Positions 49,354-62,489 of a stretch of DNA of 64,000 nucleotides are shown here, in pieces (position 1 is the first letter of the stretch; every line of letters begins with the position of its first letter). The stretch spans positions 10,298,973 to 10,362,972 of the forward strand of contig OZ037770.1 in the NCBI GenBank assembly GCA_964035545.1, given 5' to 3'. The notes beneath the pieces were generated by a model. That model had not been told where the DNA came from. It searched no databases and saw only the letters and a program-made list of their open reading frames with translations. The stretch is from Bugula neritina. Its lineage: Eukaryota > Animalia > Bryozoa. The translations under genes and the position numbers were made by a program.

Positions 49354-51398
49354 TGCTGAATTGCTGATAAAATTTTAGTTGACTCAATAAAACCAAACTT
49401 CAGAGTGATCAGTGGCTCAAAGGTGATTGGATCAAACGCTTTAGCTACTGTAATTTAACAAGATGCAGTGCTTAATTGTCATTCACTGGCAATTTGCAGC
49501 GCTTCCACTGGCCGCTTTATCACTTCTACTTAATCTTATACTTATACTTATAGTTATAGTTATACTTATAGTTATACTCATAGTTACAGTTATTAATATT
49601 ACTTATTAGTTATTACAGTAGTAGTAGTTTTACCATTAGTATTATTAGTGGTAGTAGTACTAGTAGTACTTCAATAGTAGTACTACTTTTACTTTTAGTG
49701 AAGTACTAGTGTTTTTACTAGCAGTACTACTACTAGTACTAGTACTTCACTAGTGATTAGTGAAGTACTTGTACTAGTAGAAAGTAGTAGTAGTAGTTGT
49801 TGGCACTATCACTATGGCTATTAATTGAAAATTCGTTTTGAATTTGACTTTCAAATTCAACACTGATTATGAACTAGAATACTATTATGAGTATCATTTT
49901 TAAACTCAGTATGAGTATCAGCATGACTATGAGACATGAGGTTAAGTTAGAGTATTCGTTGATTAAGTTTAATAGTATTACTATTATTTTTAGTATCACT
50001 TTGACTTATAGTTATATTATTAGTATTAGCAATAGTATTACTGATACTAATACTGTAATAGTATTAAAGTATTACGACTGCTACAACTGTTAGAATCATT
50101 ATCATATTCATACTGTTAGCCATAGTGACACTGTCTTTTGATAGTGATACTAATAGTAACAATATCAAATAACTAACACTTTTTGAAATAGAATGTGATT
50201 AATGAAAATGCATGTGAGTGACTATCGCTATCACTTACACTATCACTCTGACTATGGTTTTTTGCTGCGTGTTTGTTGGTAACCACTACCCTAACCAATA
50301 ATCATTATAAATATAAGCCTCTTTGCACTTTAAAACTACTACTATGACTATGGGTATCGCACTGTAGGTACCAGTATAACAAATAGAAGTGTTATTATAT
50401 ATCAGTTATCATGTTGGTTGTGATTAATGAATAAATTATTATAATTCTAGTTACTGTGAATGATTAAATCATTGTCATTAGTGTTATGAATAATAACCTA
50501 TAAGTATGAGTATCGATATGAGTGTAAGTATGATTATCTGAATACCAAAACATATAATACTGAGTCTCATACTTATAGTTACTATAAGTATGAGAATCCC
50601 AGTATCAATATTCAGGTTGATATTTACCTGTATTAGCCATTCACTGAATCGATAATTTCAAGTGTCAACATATGTGACCTGACACCACAAAACAGGAGAG
50701 GTATATAAAATTTCCAAAACTTAGATATAATTATGAAATGATAGAGCAGACTTTTCCAAACATTTTGCACTTTATTTAAAGTCTCTAGCACAAATAGAAC
50801 TTGAGATATCAACATCAGCCATTCACTGAATGAGTATCAACATATAGTTAAGATCGAATATGAATATCAAGTTGAACACCACTGTTAAGTGAAAGTGATT
50901 ATTAGTATCACTCTGACTATCCATATTACTAAGAGTAGAAGTAACACTATACTTTTTCTATGTTCTAAATATAAGTTTTCAATTTATTGTGAATATTTAT
51001 AACTACATGACATAGTACAATATGTGCACAGCATCCTGTTGGTTAATCAAATCTTTTCGATTCAATAGTTGAAAATTTTAAGCAATTTAAGTCGAATGAT
51101 TTTATCAAATTAGTTATTATTAGTTATCCACTGCTTATAGCTAATGTTTTTACTTTTAATCTGCTTCTTTTGTTTTGCTTTTTTGATATTTGAAAGGCAT
51201 TTTCAAATCATGGGGTTTCACTGTAGCTCAGTAATTTAGTGCTGGTTCTTGATAATGTACATATGAAATGTATTTTAAATGCTTCTAGAAATTTATTTTG
51301 TTTGTTTTATTTTTCTCTTACAATTCTTAGTTGAAGCATGTTTTTAAGAAAAATTGTTTTTATGTAAAGCTTACATTTCTATTTTATAGGGGGTCTAA

Positions 51399-54300
51399 AT
51401 GGCTGAGGCTGCAGTGGAAAAAGTTGTGTGTGGATTCTGTTTACTTGAAGAAGGTTTAGAGAATCCCAAGTGTCTACCATGTGGTCATGTACACTGTTTA
51501 CTATGTCTTACTCGTAATGTTGATGTGAATGACATGATCAGGTGTCCCTGGTGTAGGTAAGTTAGTTTTATATAGACAGAGCTAAGATATACTGTTGGTA
51601 AAGATTTAATGAATTACATCATATTATGTTTTACCTTATAATGATTTATTGCATTTTGTTATATATAGTTTCAATTATTACAAAGTAATTACGTCTCTTG
51701 TCACAGGGAAGTGTTTGATGTGAGAGTGGAGAATCTGCCATCTGCTGATGTAGAGGACAACTCCGTATCATGTGACGTCTGCACTAAGAAAGGGATAGAG
51801 AAAGTACCAGCAGTAACCTACTGTACTTTGTGTCGTAAACTATTCTGTAGAAAACATGAGGAGGTAATTCCCTCACATAACTCTTTTTAAATCAGTTTAT
51901 GACTGTTTATTTTGTTGTTACTCAGCTTTTAAATGTGATTGTCACAATCAGCTATAAATTTACTTCAGTGCCAAAAGCTTTTATGTTTTTTATGGCATTC
52001 TCCAGAGTAGGACAATCTTTTAAAAAAAATTCCGCTATTCATAGTTGAATTATATTTATCAGTAAATATATGTGACCTGGCACCACAAAACAAGGGATGT
52101 ATATAAAATGTTGAAAACTTAGTTATTACTATGGAGTGATAGAGCAGATATTTTCAAACATTTTGCACTTTAATTGAAGTCTCTAGCCTAAACAGAACTC
52201 GAGATATTAGTATTTAAAAACTTTAACGTTTTTAGAATTTCTAAATTACTGTTTCGAGAAAATCGCGTTTAAAGTTGGCAACTCTAGAATAAGTTGAGAA
52301 ATATTTGTTTACAATTTACAAGCCTTAGCAACGGGTCTTTGTATATTAGGAATAGTGACAAATTTGGTATCAAAATAATTGTGAAAGTTTGGGCGTTCTG
52401 TTAAACTAAATTTCATGCTGCCTCAACATAAAATTAGGTCAAATATTGCTGCCAAACTTTTTGTCTAATTTATTTGTCAATTTGCTTTTTACTTTGTTTA
52501 ATGATTGAAAGGTTTAACAATTCCAGCAAAGAAGAGAATGTTTCAGCAAGTTTGTGTGTTGAGATATTTAAGTTAGGTATCCAAGTCAGCAGGAAGTCAT
52601 ATAAAACAAAATGGCAGCTGCTTCCTGTTATACATTGAATATCTTCCTCTCCTCTAATATATTGTGTGATATATCAAACTGCAGCTATTGAGCTGTGCTG
52701 TTTCATAGTTATTGCTTAATGAGTAGAACGCTTATGAAAAAATTAATTTGACTATTATGAGGTCATTCGAGATTCATTCATAAATATCTTTATAATCTCT
52801 AACTGCATCTAAATTTAGCAATTGATGTTGAAAATATAAACATAAAATCAGCTATTAGAACTTTTGAGTTTTATTAGGCATTATTATTCACATTTAAAAC
52901 ATCAAATACATTATTATTAAAAACTAATTAAAAGCAGTAAAAAATCCAGCCTGAATACAACCATTATGCTTGAATTAACTCTAATTAGGAAAAGAAAATT
53001 AGGTAGCTTCTACGGTTTTTGCAAAAAAGGCACTTTTCATCTTTCTACTTCCTTGGTCTTCATAATATGAGTTTATGGAGTATGGACACATAACATCATG
53101 TATGGGGCAAAAGCTTCATCACTATTATCAGCTGATTTTCTAGCAAGTATAGATGCTGCTACTTGACATCCATCATGCCAATCTACCCATCTATTGTCTA
53201 TTCCAGAGCTGCAAGTACAATGTTGACTTTTTTAAATAACAAAAGAAAACGGTAGCTTGATTAGAAATTATACACAGTTATATTATAAAAATATAGTTGG
53301 TTAAACACTCTTGTGGTACTATTATGGCAGCAGTTAATTGTCATCCTGCATTTTATCAACATTTAAATTTATTGAATTAAACAGAACAATTTAAATTTAA
53401 AAAATTGTTGAAAATTTTCAAGCACATCATTAAAAGACTGCAAACCTTTTTTATGAATGAAATAAGCAGAAGCCATAACCTTGCAAGCCAAAATTCAGAG
53501 CGTCTACATTAGAAGTATTAGATTGATAGGTAGTAGAGTTGTGTAGGTATAAGTCTTCACTCTAATGCTCTCATAAGTCCACTTTCTAAGATGTACAGAA
53601 TATCGGACTATTCTATATTAACATAGTATTATCAGTAAAATTACACATTATGCACTTAAATATCTAGCATATCTGCAATTGGCAATTTTGAAGCAATGTT
53701 TTTCGATAACTATTAACCACTCAGGCATTTAATTGAGTAAAAAAGCTAGCTAAATGCAACTGAATATATTAGACATTTACTATAAAATCAATTTGAATTC
53801 AATAAATTACTTTAAAATATGAATAAATTTTTGCTCATCCTTTATAATAAAATTAAAAAGTTTAGACTATTTATGCATTCAGTTAGTGTTACTACTCACT
53901 AAATAAGACTAAAAGTAACTTACTGAAGAACTAAGTCAGTCAACTATAGAATCACCATGAACTCGCATTAATATTTCATCATTATACTCATTTAAATTTA
54001 ATCATATTTACCATTACAATTTGGTTATAGGTGATGCTTTTATCAATATAAATAGAATTATCAATTGAGTTTTGACAGTATCTGTAAGCCTGCATATTGT
54101 GATAAAAGATTTTATCATTATATTTAAAATCAAACTTTGAGCTGATTTAAAATTGGTAGTTTGACTAGTAGGCCTAATGTTAATAGTAATAGTAATCAGT
54201 AACTGTATTGACAAAATCTAAGACAGGCTAAAAGTTACTAAGAGTAAGTCCAATATAAATTTAAATATCAACTATAAAATAAATCAATAGATATAATACC

Positions 54301-57300
54301 ATCAGTAATGAGTATCAAGTTTTAAGACCGAAGGCGAAACTCAGAGTCAGACTCAAATAGTGAATTTATAATTAATATTATTATTATTAATTATTACTTA
54401 TACTTATAGTTATACTATTATTATTATAGTAATAATATTATTGAGCTACATTTGGTTTTACTACCAAATACCAGTATCAGTAAATCATGAATGATATTCA
54501 TTATGATTATCATTATGAGTAACCGTACCTGATACTGTGAGTCATAGTGAGAGTCATTTAAATAGTTACTACTTATAGTTATTAGTATAGAATAGACATA
54601 CTGATACTGATACTCCTACTCCTAGTGACAGTATCAGTATGAATAATAATATTATTAAATTGATAACTACAAATAATCCTGGCAACAATTCTAAGTTAGT
54701 AGCATAAATGATGGTTTTGAGTATAATTACCTGTATTGTTGTGATTTTCAAGCTTGAACGCTAAAGATAAAGATTAAGTTTAGCATTTATTACCAAAGGG
54801 CAAAACAGCTCAGTAGCTAACTTTGGATGGACCACGATGAAAAACTAAAACTAGCCTTCGATTTTAAATACGATGCTTCTGACAATGCGAAGAAAGAGAT
54901 GTAAGCTAAATTCATTTGATAAAAATAAATTTGCAAGATCTCACGCTATAAAAATGACTAAAATTGTCTTATTTCTTTATTTGATAACTTCGCAATTTTT
55001 TCATCATTTAAAAAATTGAATGCCTTAGTTACCAACTTTAAATGCAATTTTAGAGCTGAAGGAATCATCAAATGCTTACGAAAGTATGATTGTTGAAATC
55101 CTTGGATTTTTTTGTATTAGAAAAGTTCAAAACCTAAAAACTGGAAATTAATTTCAAATTTAAGTATTTCCAAATTAAAGCTTCATTTACTACACTTTAT
55201 AAACGCCGCCACATCCCCGGTTTTGTAGCGACTGGTCACATATATTCTGTTATATTTAGTTACATGATGAAACCAGTGATGACCACCAGAAGATGACCAT
55301 TTCTGACTACAGAATACAAGCCAAGAGACTGGAAAGAAGAGTTTGTCTCAAACACACAGCATATCTTTATGTACACGGATGTAGAGTCTGTACTCAACTG
55401 TTCTGTGTGCAGTGTGTATCTCGGACTAACTTGTGTATTGGAGGTAACTCTTCTGCTTTTATATCCTTTCATATCATTACTTTATAGCCTTTTACTTGTA
55501 TTTACTGTATGTTTGAGTAATTAGTCTTAGGAAGCAGCCGTGGTCTAGGGGTTAGAGCCTAGTAAGTATGAGCCCAGACAAAGGTCATTGGTGATTTTAA
55601 GAATAGTACCCAGTCATAATTGCTCCTGTGCCTCATATAAATAAATCTTTATTTCGATTTAAAAACCCTCTTCCATCAGGGGTTTTCTCACAGGGATGGC
55701 AACTATATATTTGCGTAAGTTTCATTAATTGTGATATTGTCATTATTATTCAAGTAAATATAGTTGTACACATGATTACATCATTTTGATGTAGATTCAG
55801 AACACAAGATGGTTAGTCTAGATGAACTTATCACACAGTTGACAAACATAGAAGAACTGATAACTACTGAAGATAAGACATCTCATCTCTTCAAACAGAT
55901 ATCTAAGGCTATATCTGACTTTGATACTGAGACTGAAGACTTGCTGAGTATTCTTCATACACAGAGAGATGAACAGGTGAGATTCTGAAGAACACAGGCT
56001 ACTCTCATGTGTTTTCATAGTTCTGTAAGATGTTATTGGTTGGTTAATGTCTAAGAAACTGTGATTAGTTTATTTTACTGTAATTCTCATAGTATACAGC
56101 CAGACAAAGTGAAAAGGGCCTAACTGATTGTTGCAAGTCTAGGAAGTGCTAAGCAATAATCCAGCTAAGGGATCTGAATTTATTTTATTTTGTATTTGTT
56201 TTCCTATTTCAAAATTAGAGTGGGGATGTTGATTTTGTACCACAACTTTTTTATAGGCTTGAGGCTGTTTTCATTTATTGTAATTGAGTAATTAATATTT
56301 ATAAGCTTTTGCTTCAAGTTCAATTTACATTTGCTCAGATAGTTTTAATTCTTCTATAAGGTACATGAAATAAATCTGACAGACTTGTGTCATACCTTTG
56401 ATTTTTTTGGTAATCAAATTCTCAAACAGCCTAATTCAATTTTATAGATTTATAGCAAGTGTACCTAGAATTAAAGCTATCAATTTCCTCTGTTTATTTG
56501 TACCACTAAAGGTCTGTGAATACCCATCAATGGTTTAAATAGGCTTTTTATTTATTGGTTTGTAAAAAAAGTGCATATCGTTACAAACTGAGTCATTGTT
56601 TGATTTGACTCAAAGTGTATTTTCTGCGTCTTGATTTTATTTTGCCAGGAATAGTCTTGACTTTTCTGGCTTGCAGTGACTTCAACTTTGGAAAGTTTCA
56701 CCATAGGTTTTACGTATAAGTTATGTTTTAGTTGACTGAAGTGAGACTGAAGTATGAGAAACTGGAGAAAGAATTCTTAGCTAGTAGAAAGAAGACTAAA
56801 GAGGAACTTAACAGATACATGGAGAGAGAAGTTGGAACTGTTTTGTCTCAACTGAGTAACAGTAGAATGAAGATAGAAGCTCAACTTAAGCGAAACAACC
56901 AGGCATGTAGACTTCAGTTATCAAAGCAATATAGTGACTATTTGAAATAATAACAATAAATACTCGTAGTAAAGAAAACTAGAAATTATTTTTGATGATA
57001 TGTACTTGTAATATATTATACCAGGTACATTTTTTTTTAAAAATTATTATTTAATTTAATGTTTTTGCTACATCAGTTGGTAGACCACACATGTTGATAT
57101 AATGCTCTAGATGGTGAATCTGGCATATTGAGTTATGTTTAGTTGGAGCACTACTAAGTGTATTTTGTTTTTATGTTACTATGATTTGTAGGTGGATCTG
57201 GTTGAAGGATTTGCAGAGATTAAAGAGAGAATACAGAGACTGATATCTGTTGAGATACCTGAACTAGAGCTGTGTGATGTCATGTCTCTAAAGGTCAAAG

Positions 57301-58817
57301 GTCAATTCCTAATCTGTTATATTGGTATTTCAATGTAGGTATAAGATAGATACAAACCTCATGTACATAGACCAGAGCATAGTCACCTTAGCTATTATGG
57401 TAAATTAATAGAAATAGCTAGGAGGAAGCAATACATTAAATATGTATATAATAAGAAGAATAGTTCCTACAGTCTCCCTTACTAACTTTCACTCAACTTG
57501 TACTTTGTAGAAGAGAAGAGAGAAATAGAGGCAGAACTGGTTCTCGCAGCAGGCATGATTATTAGTTTAGATCAAGGAGTGACAACTCCTACACTTCCTA
57601 AATCTCTCAAATTCTCACAGTCTGTTGATGTTTCTGATGAGTGTTATTCTGTCTGTAAATATGATGGTAACACTTATGTAGGGCTGGGTGGTGCAGGGAT
57701 AGACAGAATAGATGAAGGGCTTGGAGCCAAAGTATCATTTGCTAAGGCAGTTGCTTCGGATGGAGTGATAGTCTATAAAAATCTGTTGTATACTCTACAG
57801 TATATCAGCAGCACTAATTTGGAGGTACATGTGTATGATCTTACTGGGAAACAGGTGACCAGCTGGTCTCATCATGATAGTAGTGTAAGTGAAAACAAAC
57901 TCGCTATTGTTGATGATCTGGTTGTAGTTCCTGATAGAAGCAGTAAAAGACTTACAATCTACTCTCTTACTGGGGAGGTAATTAAACATGTCCCCTGCCC
58001 TCTACTCAGTGATAACACCGTAGCCATATGTGTAGCAGACAGACATTGTGTAGTAGTTTCTGACTATGGTTCCTCTCAAGTATTTAAATTAGACTTGACA
58101 ACAGAGAAAGTCATCTGGACATGCAAGGATGTATCTGAACCAGAAGGTGTGACCCGCTATAGAAGTAAATATATTCTTGTGACTAACTGCAGCAGTAAAA
58201 CCACCATCTGGATACTGGATGTGGAGACAGGTTAGTGATTCCAGTATTGTAATGTCTGCATGCAAGACATATGTGTGCAAAATATAATATATTTAACATG
58301 GAAACTTTGCTCCATATGTATACTACATAATACTGTATGATAATACATTAAATTGTATACACAAACCACAATCAGTGGATGGGCTGTTAGTAAGCCATTT
58401 AATAATAAAATTCACGTCTCTACTGTATGTAATGGTCTTTATAATATAAATACATAGCCACATTTACCTTCCATTTGGGTTGTACACTATTTACACATTT
58501 GCTGCACAGTGCACTTTACAAATTGATAAGTATATTGTTAGGAAGTTGCTATTATAGGCCCATTGACTGTATATATTGAAACACATGACTAAAATATATT
58601 AAAACAATATGCAGTCACAAATGTTCTCCTCAGTGTCAGGATACATATTATATTCAAGCTTGATTGAACTTGTTATACTGTAGGTAGACAGTTATCTATG
58701 GTAAAAGATACAACTGTTAGGAGTGATAGTAGTGTACTTGATCTCCATGTGTATAAAGACATGCTGATTGTACCCAGATGTCAAGAGAAGAAAGTTTTGT
58801 TCTACCAACTCAACTGA
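51399..58817 (+). CDS. TRIM-type E3 ligase with NHL-like propeller, array copy 5, ~604 aa
   Basis: Exons 51399-51556, 51707-51863, 55260-55443, 55795-55976, 56732-56902 (GC donor), 57192-57300, 57511-58230, 58684-58817; sum 1815 nt in frame; intron 2 enlarged by a 3.2-kb insertion. Confidence 0.85.
52071..55240. mobile_element. 3.2-kb non-autonomous DNA transposon in intron 2 of copy 5
   Basis: Imperfect TIRs TGTGACCTGGCACCACAAAACAAGGGATG / CATCCCCGGTTTTGTAGCGACTGGTCACA, TATA on both flanks; absent from other copies; left-end fragment also at about 50673-50815. Superfamily not assigned. Confidence 0.75.
55532..55710 (+). mobile_element. SINE-like fragment in intron 3 (related pieces at ~12350-12600 and ~40650-40740)
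   Basis: A-box-like GCCGTGGTCTAGGGGTTAG then shared body TGCTCCTGTG...CCATCAGGGG..CTCACAGGGATGGC in copies 2, 4 and 5. Confidence 0.4.
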
Positions 58818-61383
58818 ACAGGTATTATGTATATAGTAGGAGTTATGTCTCTTTCATGAACTTTTGTCTCGTAGGAAATTTTGGTAGCCAACCTGCACCC
58901 TACCTGTGATTTGTCTACTAGTGTATGTCAAGAAAGGACAACTACATCAGTTTCTGTATCCTGAAGTTTGAGTTCAAAGTTCAAACTCACTTGACAAGCA
59001 GGAATATGTGCCAATGTTGGAAAAACCCAAATACTGATAACATAGACTGTTTCTGATCCAATAGAATCTGTCAATTCATGTACTGTGACATCACACAGCA
59101 GAAATAGTTCAAACTTTTTTCTGCTTGCAATGCTATCCAATTCAACTTATTTGTTTGTTATGTATGCTCATCTCGACAAACTCAGGAAAGTTATTTGCCC
59201 AATCAAAACATCGCCTTCTCTATATAGCATAAATTTTGTTGTTTGTTTCTTGCAGCACCTCATCACCAAAATTAATTTTTTCTGTAATAGCCAAATAATT
59301 GTGTTCAAGCTTTGAGCTATATTTTCTCCTTTATATCCAGTTGGATTCGTGAGTCAATAACATAGTGCCTAATTACATAGCTGCGTGAGTGTGAGTACAA
59401 GATAACTTACTTCTAATCTGCAAGCTTCCACTTTATATTACTAGTTGCAATATCTCATAGGCAACTAATAGCGGTGGTACAATATTCTACTGTTTAGAAT
59501 AATATTTAGTAATCTAAAAGTGGCTTCACACTTCTTTGATCCTTTATCAATTATTGGCAATGTTTCACAGGTAGTTAATTGTCAAAATACTAAAATTTTC
59601 ATTCATCCTGAGTTGTTTTAATTTATTACAGAAACTAGACTGATGTGGAACAGGAAGTAGTTTCTGCAGCAGACACATCTAGTTATTTGGTTTAGAAAGT
59701 GACAAGTGAAAAGGCAGCTGATTGGTCCATTCATCTGACCTAGTAACACTCTATGGTTACATTACCATGTCATTCATATGATACTTATTGTAACATTATT
59801 CTATATTATCTATCATACAGGACTGAGAACTAAGTAGTAGCAGTTATTGTATATTATCTTTCTTATAGGAGTGAAAACTCTGTACTACTTGCTTTCTATT
59901 ACTATTATTATCATGAGTCATATTGTATTAATATTAACCACATACTAGTTACATTACTTGCTTTATGCTCTCCAAAATTTAAATATTTTGCCCATTCTGT
60001 GCTTCTGAAATATATTTTTGTAAAAGATGTTCTGAAATGAAGGTTCATTCATACTGCAAACTAAAGTAGAAGCTTTCATAGTGTAGAGTATTAGAGATGT
60101 TATATTCTTAGTTCTGACTTGTTAGAAGTCAGTCTCTGTATCACCTCACTGCACTGTCTTTATTTTACTCATTGGTGCACCTTGCATATGTCAACTGAGT
60201 ATTAAATATATTCAACAGTTCAACAGAGCTAGTAGACCAAATAAATTCTTTACACTGTATCATAATTATGATGTAGTATTTTATATCTACAGGGCAACAA
60301 GACATATATTGATGGTAGTGCTTACAACTTACTCTCTACATAGTAACAGTAGAAGCGTAAATTTCAAATCTCACTGATGCCATATATCAATTAAACAGCA
60401 TATTATAATTATTGGAAACTTGCAATATGTAATATTGTCTTAGTAATATTATGTACATCAAAGTGTGGTACACTGGCTTATATACATTCAAGGGGCATGT
60501 TATATTCCCTAGCATGTTATCAGTAAACAAAATATTATAAACGATATGGAGGCTTACTGCTAAGACTACCAATTGGCATATAATAAATAACTTTACTGCC
60601 TCTAATATGCACTCAGTTTATCATAATGGAAGGACAACTCTAATATGTCAAAAATGCCCATTTGAATTTATCAAGAACAGCCTTGGAAAACTTGTGTAAT
60701 TACTCTGCTTGCAGTTTGTGTATATAAATATTTTTCTATGCAAATGCAAGTATTTCTCAGTTACTCAATGACTAGTATTTGGCAATGCATTGTTGCTATT
60801 CTTTCATATAACAGAGAAAGCGTTAGCCAATAGGAATCATTATTTTTCCTGAGGGGGCGTGACTACAATAAAAAATTACAGTTGGCATTCTAGTATTAGT
60901 TAATGCAATGTTGCTTTACAATCATAATATATAGAAAGCATTAGGCAATAGGAATCATCACATTCTGACTGACAAGGGGCGTGGTTACAAGAAGCAATAA
61001 TTCAAGTTCGCATAAATTATTCAAAGTTTATTTACAGGCTGCGGGTGAAATATTACTATTTCATAATGAATAGATACACTATGAAGTAGAACCTAAAGTA
61101 CAGCATTGTACAGAATCATTAAAACATGATGAGTAGAATTATAACTTACTGAACTTACTGGAAAATATACACAATAGTTGAGTATGTGAATTACTGGTTG
61201 TATGATAGTGAAGCAGCTATACATTATAAGATATTATTATAAAATATTTACTGTATAAATATAATGTCACATGTATTCATTATGTAGCATAATATGTGCT
61301 TAATGTATAATAAATACATAAATTAGAGACTTGAAAATATAAAAGCAATTTATGAAATACAGTTTAGAAGTCAGTGGACAGTG

Positions 61384-61635
61384 CTATGTAACACAGAGTA
61401 AGCCTTTGAGCTCTAGAAGAGCAGAGTGAACAGATTCAGTGAACTTTGACATCTCCGTTCTGTGGTGATTTGTAGACTGAGTGACTGAAGCTATGCTGGA
61501 GAATTCAGACAAGTAATGATGAAGAATGTCAAAGTGTGGTTCAGTCTTATGTTTCTCCAGAATGTAACTCTGCATCTCATTGTACTTAGTCTGTGATACA
61601 ACATTATAACTCAGTGTAGATGTGTGGAGCATAGT
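61384..61635 (-). pseudogene. Orphan terminal exon, copy downstream of TRIM copy 5
   Basis: One amino-acid difference from the 17656-17904 ORF. Confidence 0.5.
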
Positions 61636-62489
61636 CTATTTATTAATACAATATGGTATAGAAAGTATCTGTATAAGCAGCACTGAGTTGGAGGTGACTG
61701 AGTGCAGTAGTTTGGGGTTTTCGAGTTTGAAGTTCAAGTTGGAACTTTGGAGCCCAAACTACCGCACTCAGTCACCCCTAACTCGGGGCTGCTTATAGTT
61801 GATATTGTAAAAAATATTGTACTGCAGTCAACAAAAATTTGTGACAGGTCATTAGAGCTATGCACTGTATAAATACCTTGTATGTACATGAAAAGTGTTT
61901 AGGAAATATACTTACTGGATATAGAACAATGAGGTAGTAGAGAGTGTGAGATATTATCGTAGTTAGGTCAAGGTGAAATGACTCAAACAGCATTGTGTGT
62001 AAAATTGGCTGTAAACAAACAAAAAACATTGGCTTACCAACATGTTGGAGTATAGTGTGTTGGTTGTAGTGATTGCAGTGGAGTTGTACAATTTCAGCTC
62101 ATCTTATGATGGCAATGGATAGAGAAACCTGTTAGCAAGTTTATTATGACTGATGAAATGATCATGAAATTAACTAAACCACCCATTTTTAGTGGTAAAA
62201 TATTTACAAACAAGTTTAGAGAATGCAGTTTACAGCTTTTTTCTAGATGTTGTATTACATAGAGTTGAGTTTACCCAGTTGCACCTGTATGTTATGGCTA
62301 GCATGCTTGCTTGAAAACCGGAGATCTTAAAGGGTTCGAATCTTAGTTGGGGCTGAACTATTTTACAAGTTATTTTGGCTATTTCTTCAGTTAAGCTTTC
62401 GGTCATTGCAAATCGATCATATATAGTTGTCATTCAAAATTTACAGATCAAACTCTATAGAACTTAGAAATTGTCTGTTTTTAAATCGC

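Noticed and set aside
53070-53210. Possible PHD-finger remnant on the minus strand inside the 3.2-kb element
   Set aside because: Most of the required Cys residues are missing; too weak to call.
12712-56018. Recurrent antisense ORFs over TRIM exons (MKTHESS..., MFNYLPS...)
   Set aside because: They recur only because the sense exons are duplicated.
7481-58230. Diversity-generating retroelement (RT next to hypervariable NNC codons)
   Set aside because: The RT belongs to a complete Gypsy element; there is no invariant template repeat, and changes are not adenine-specific. Selection on codon positions 1-2 explains the pattern.
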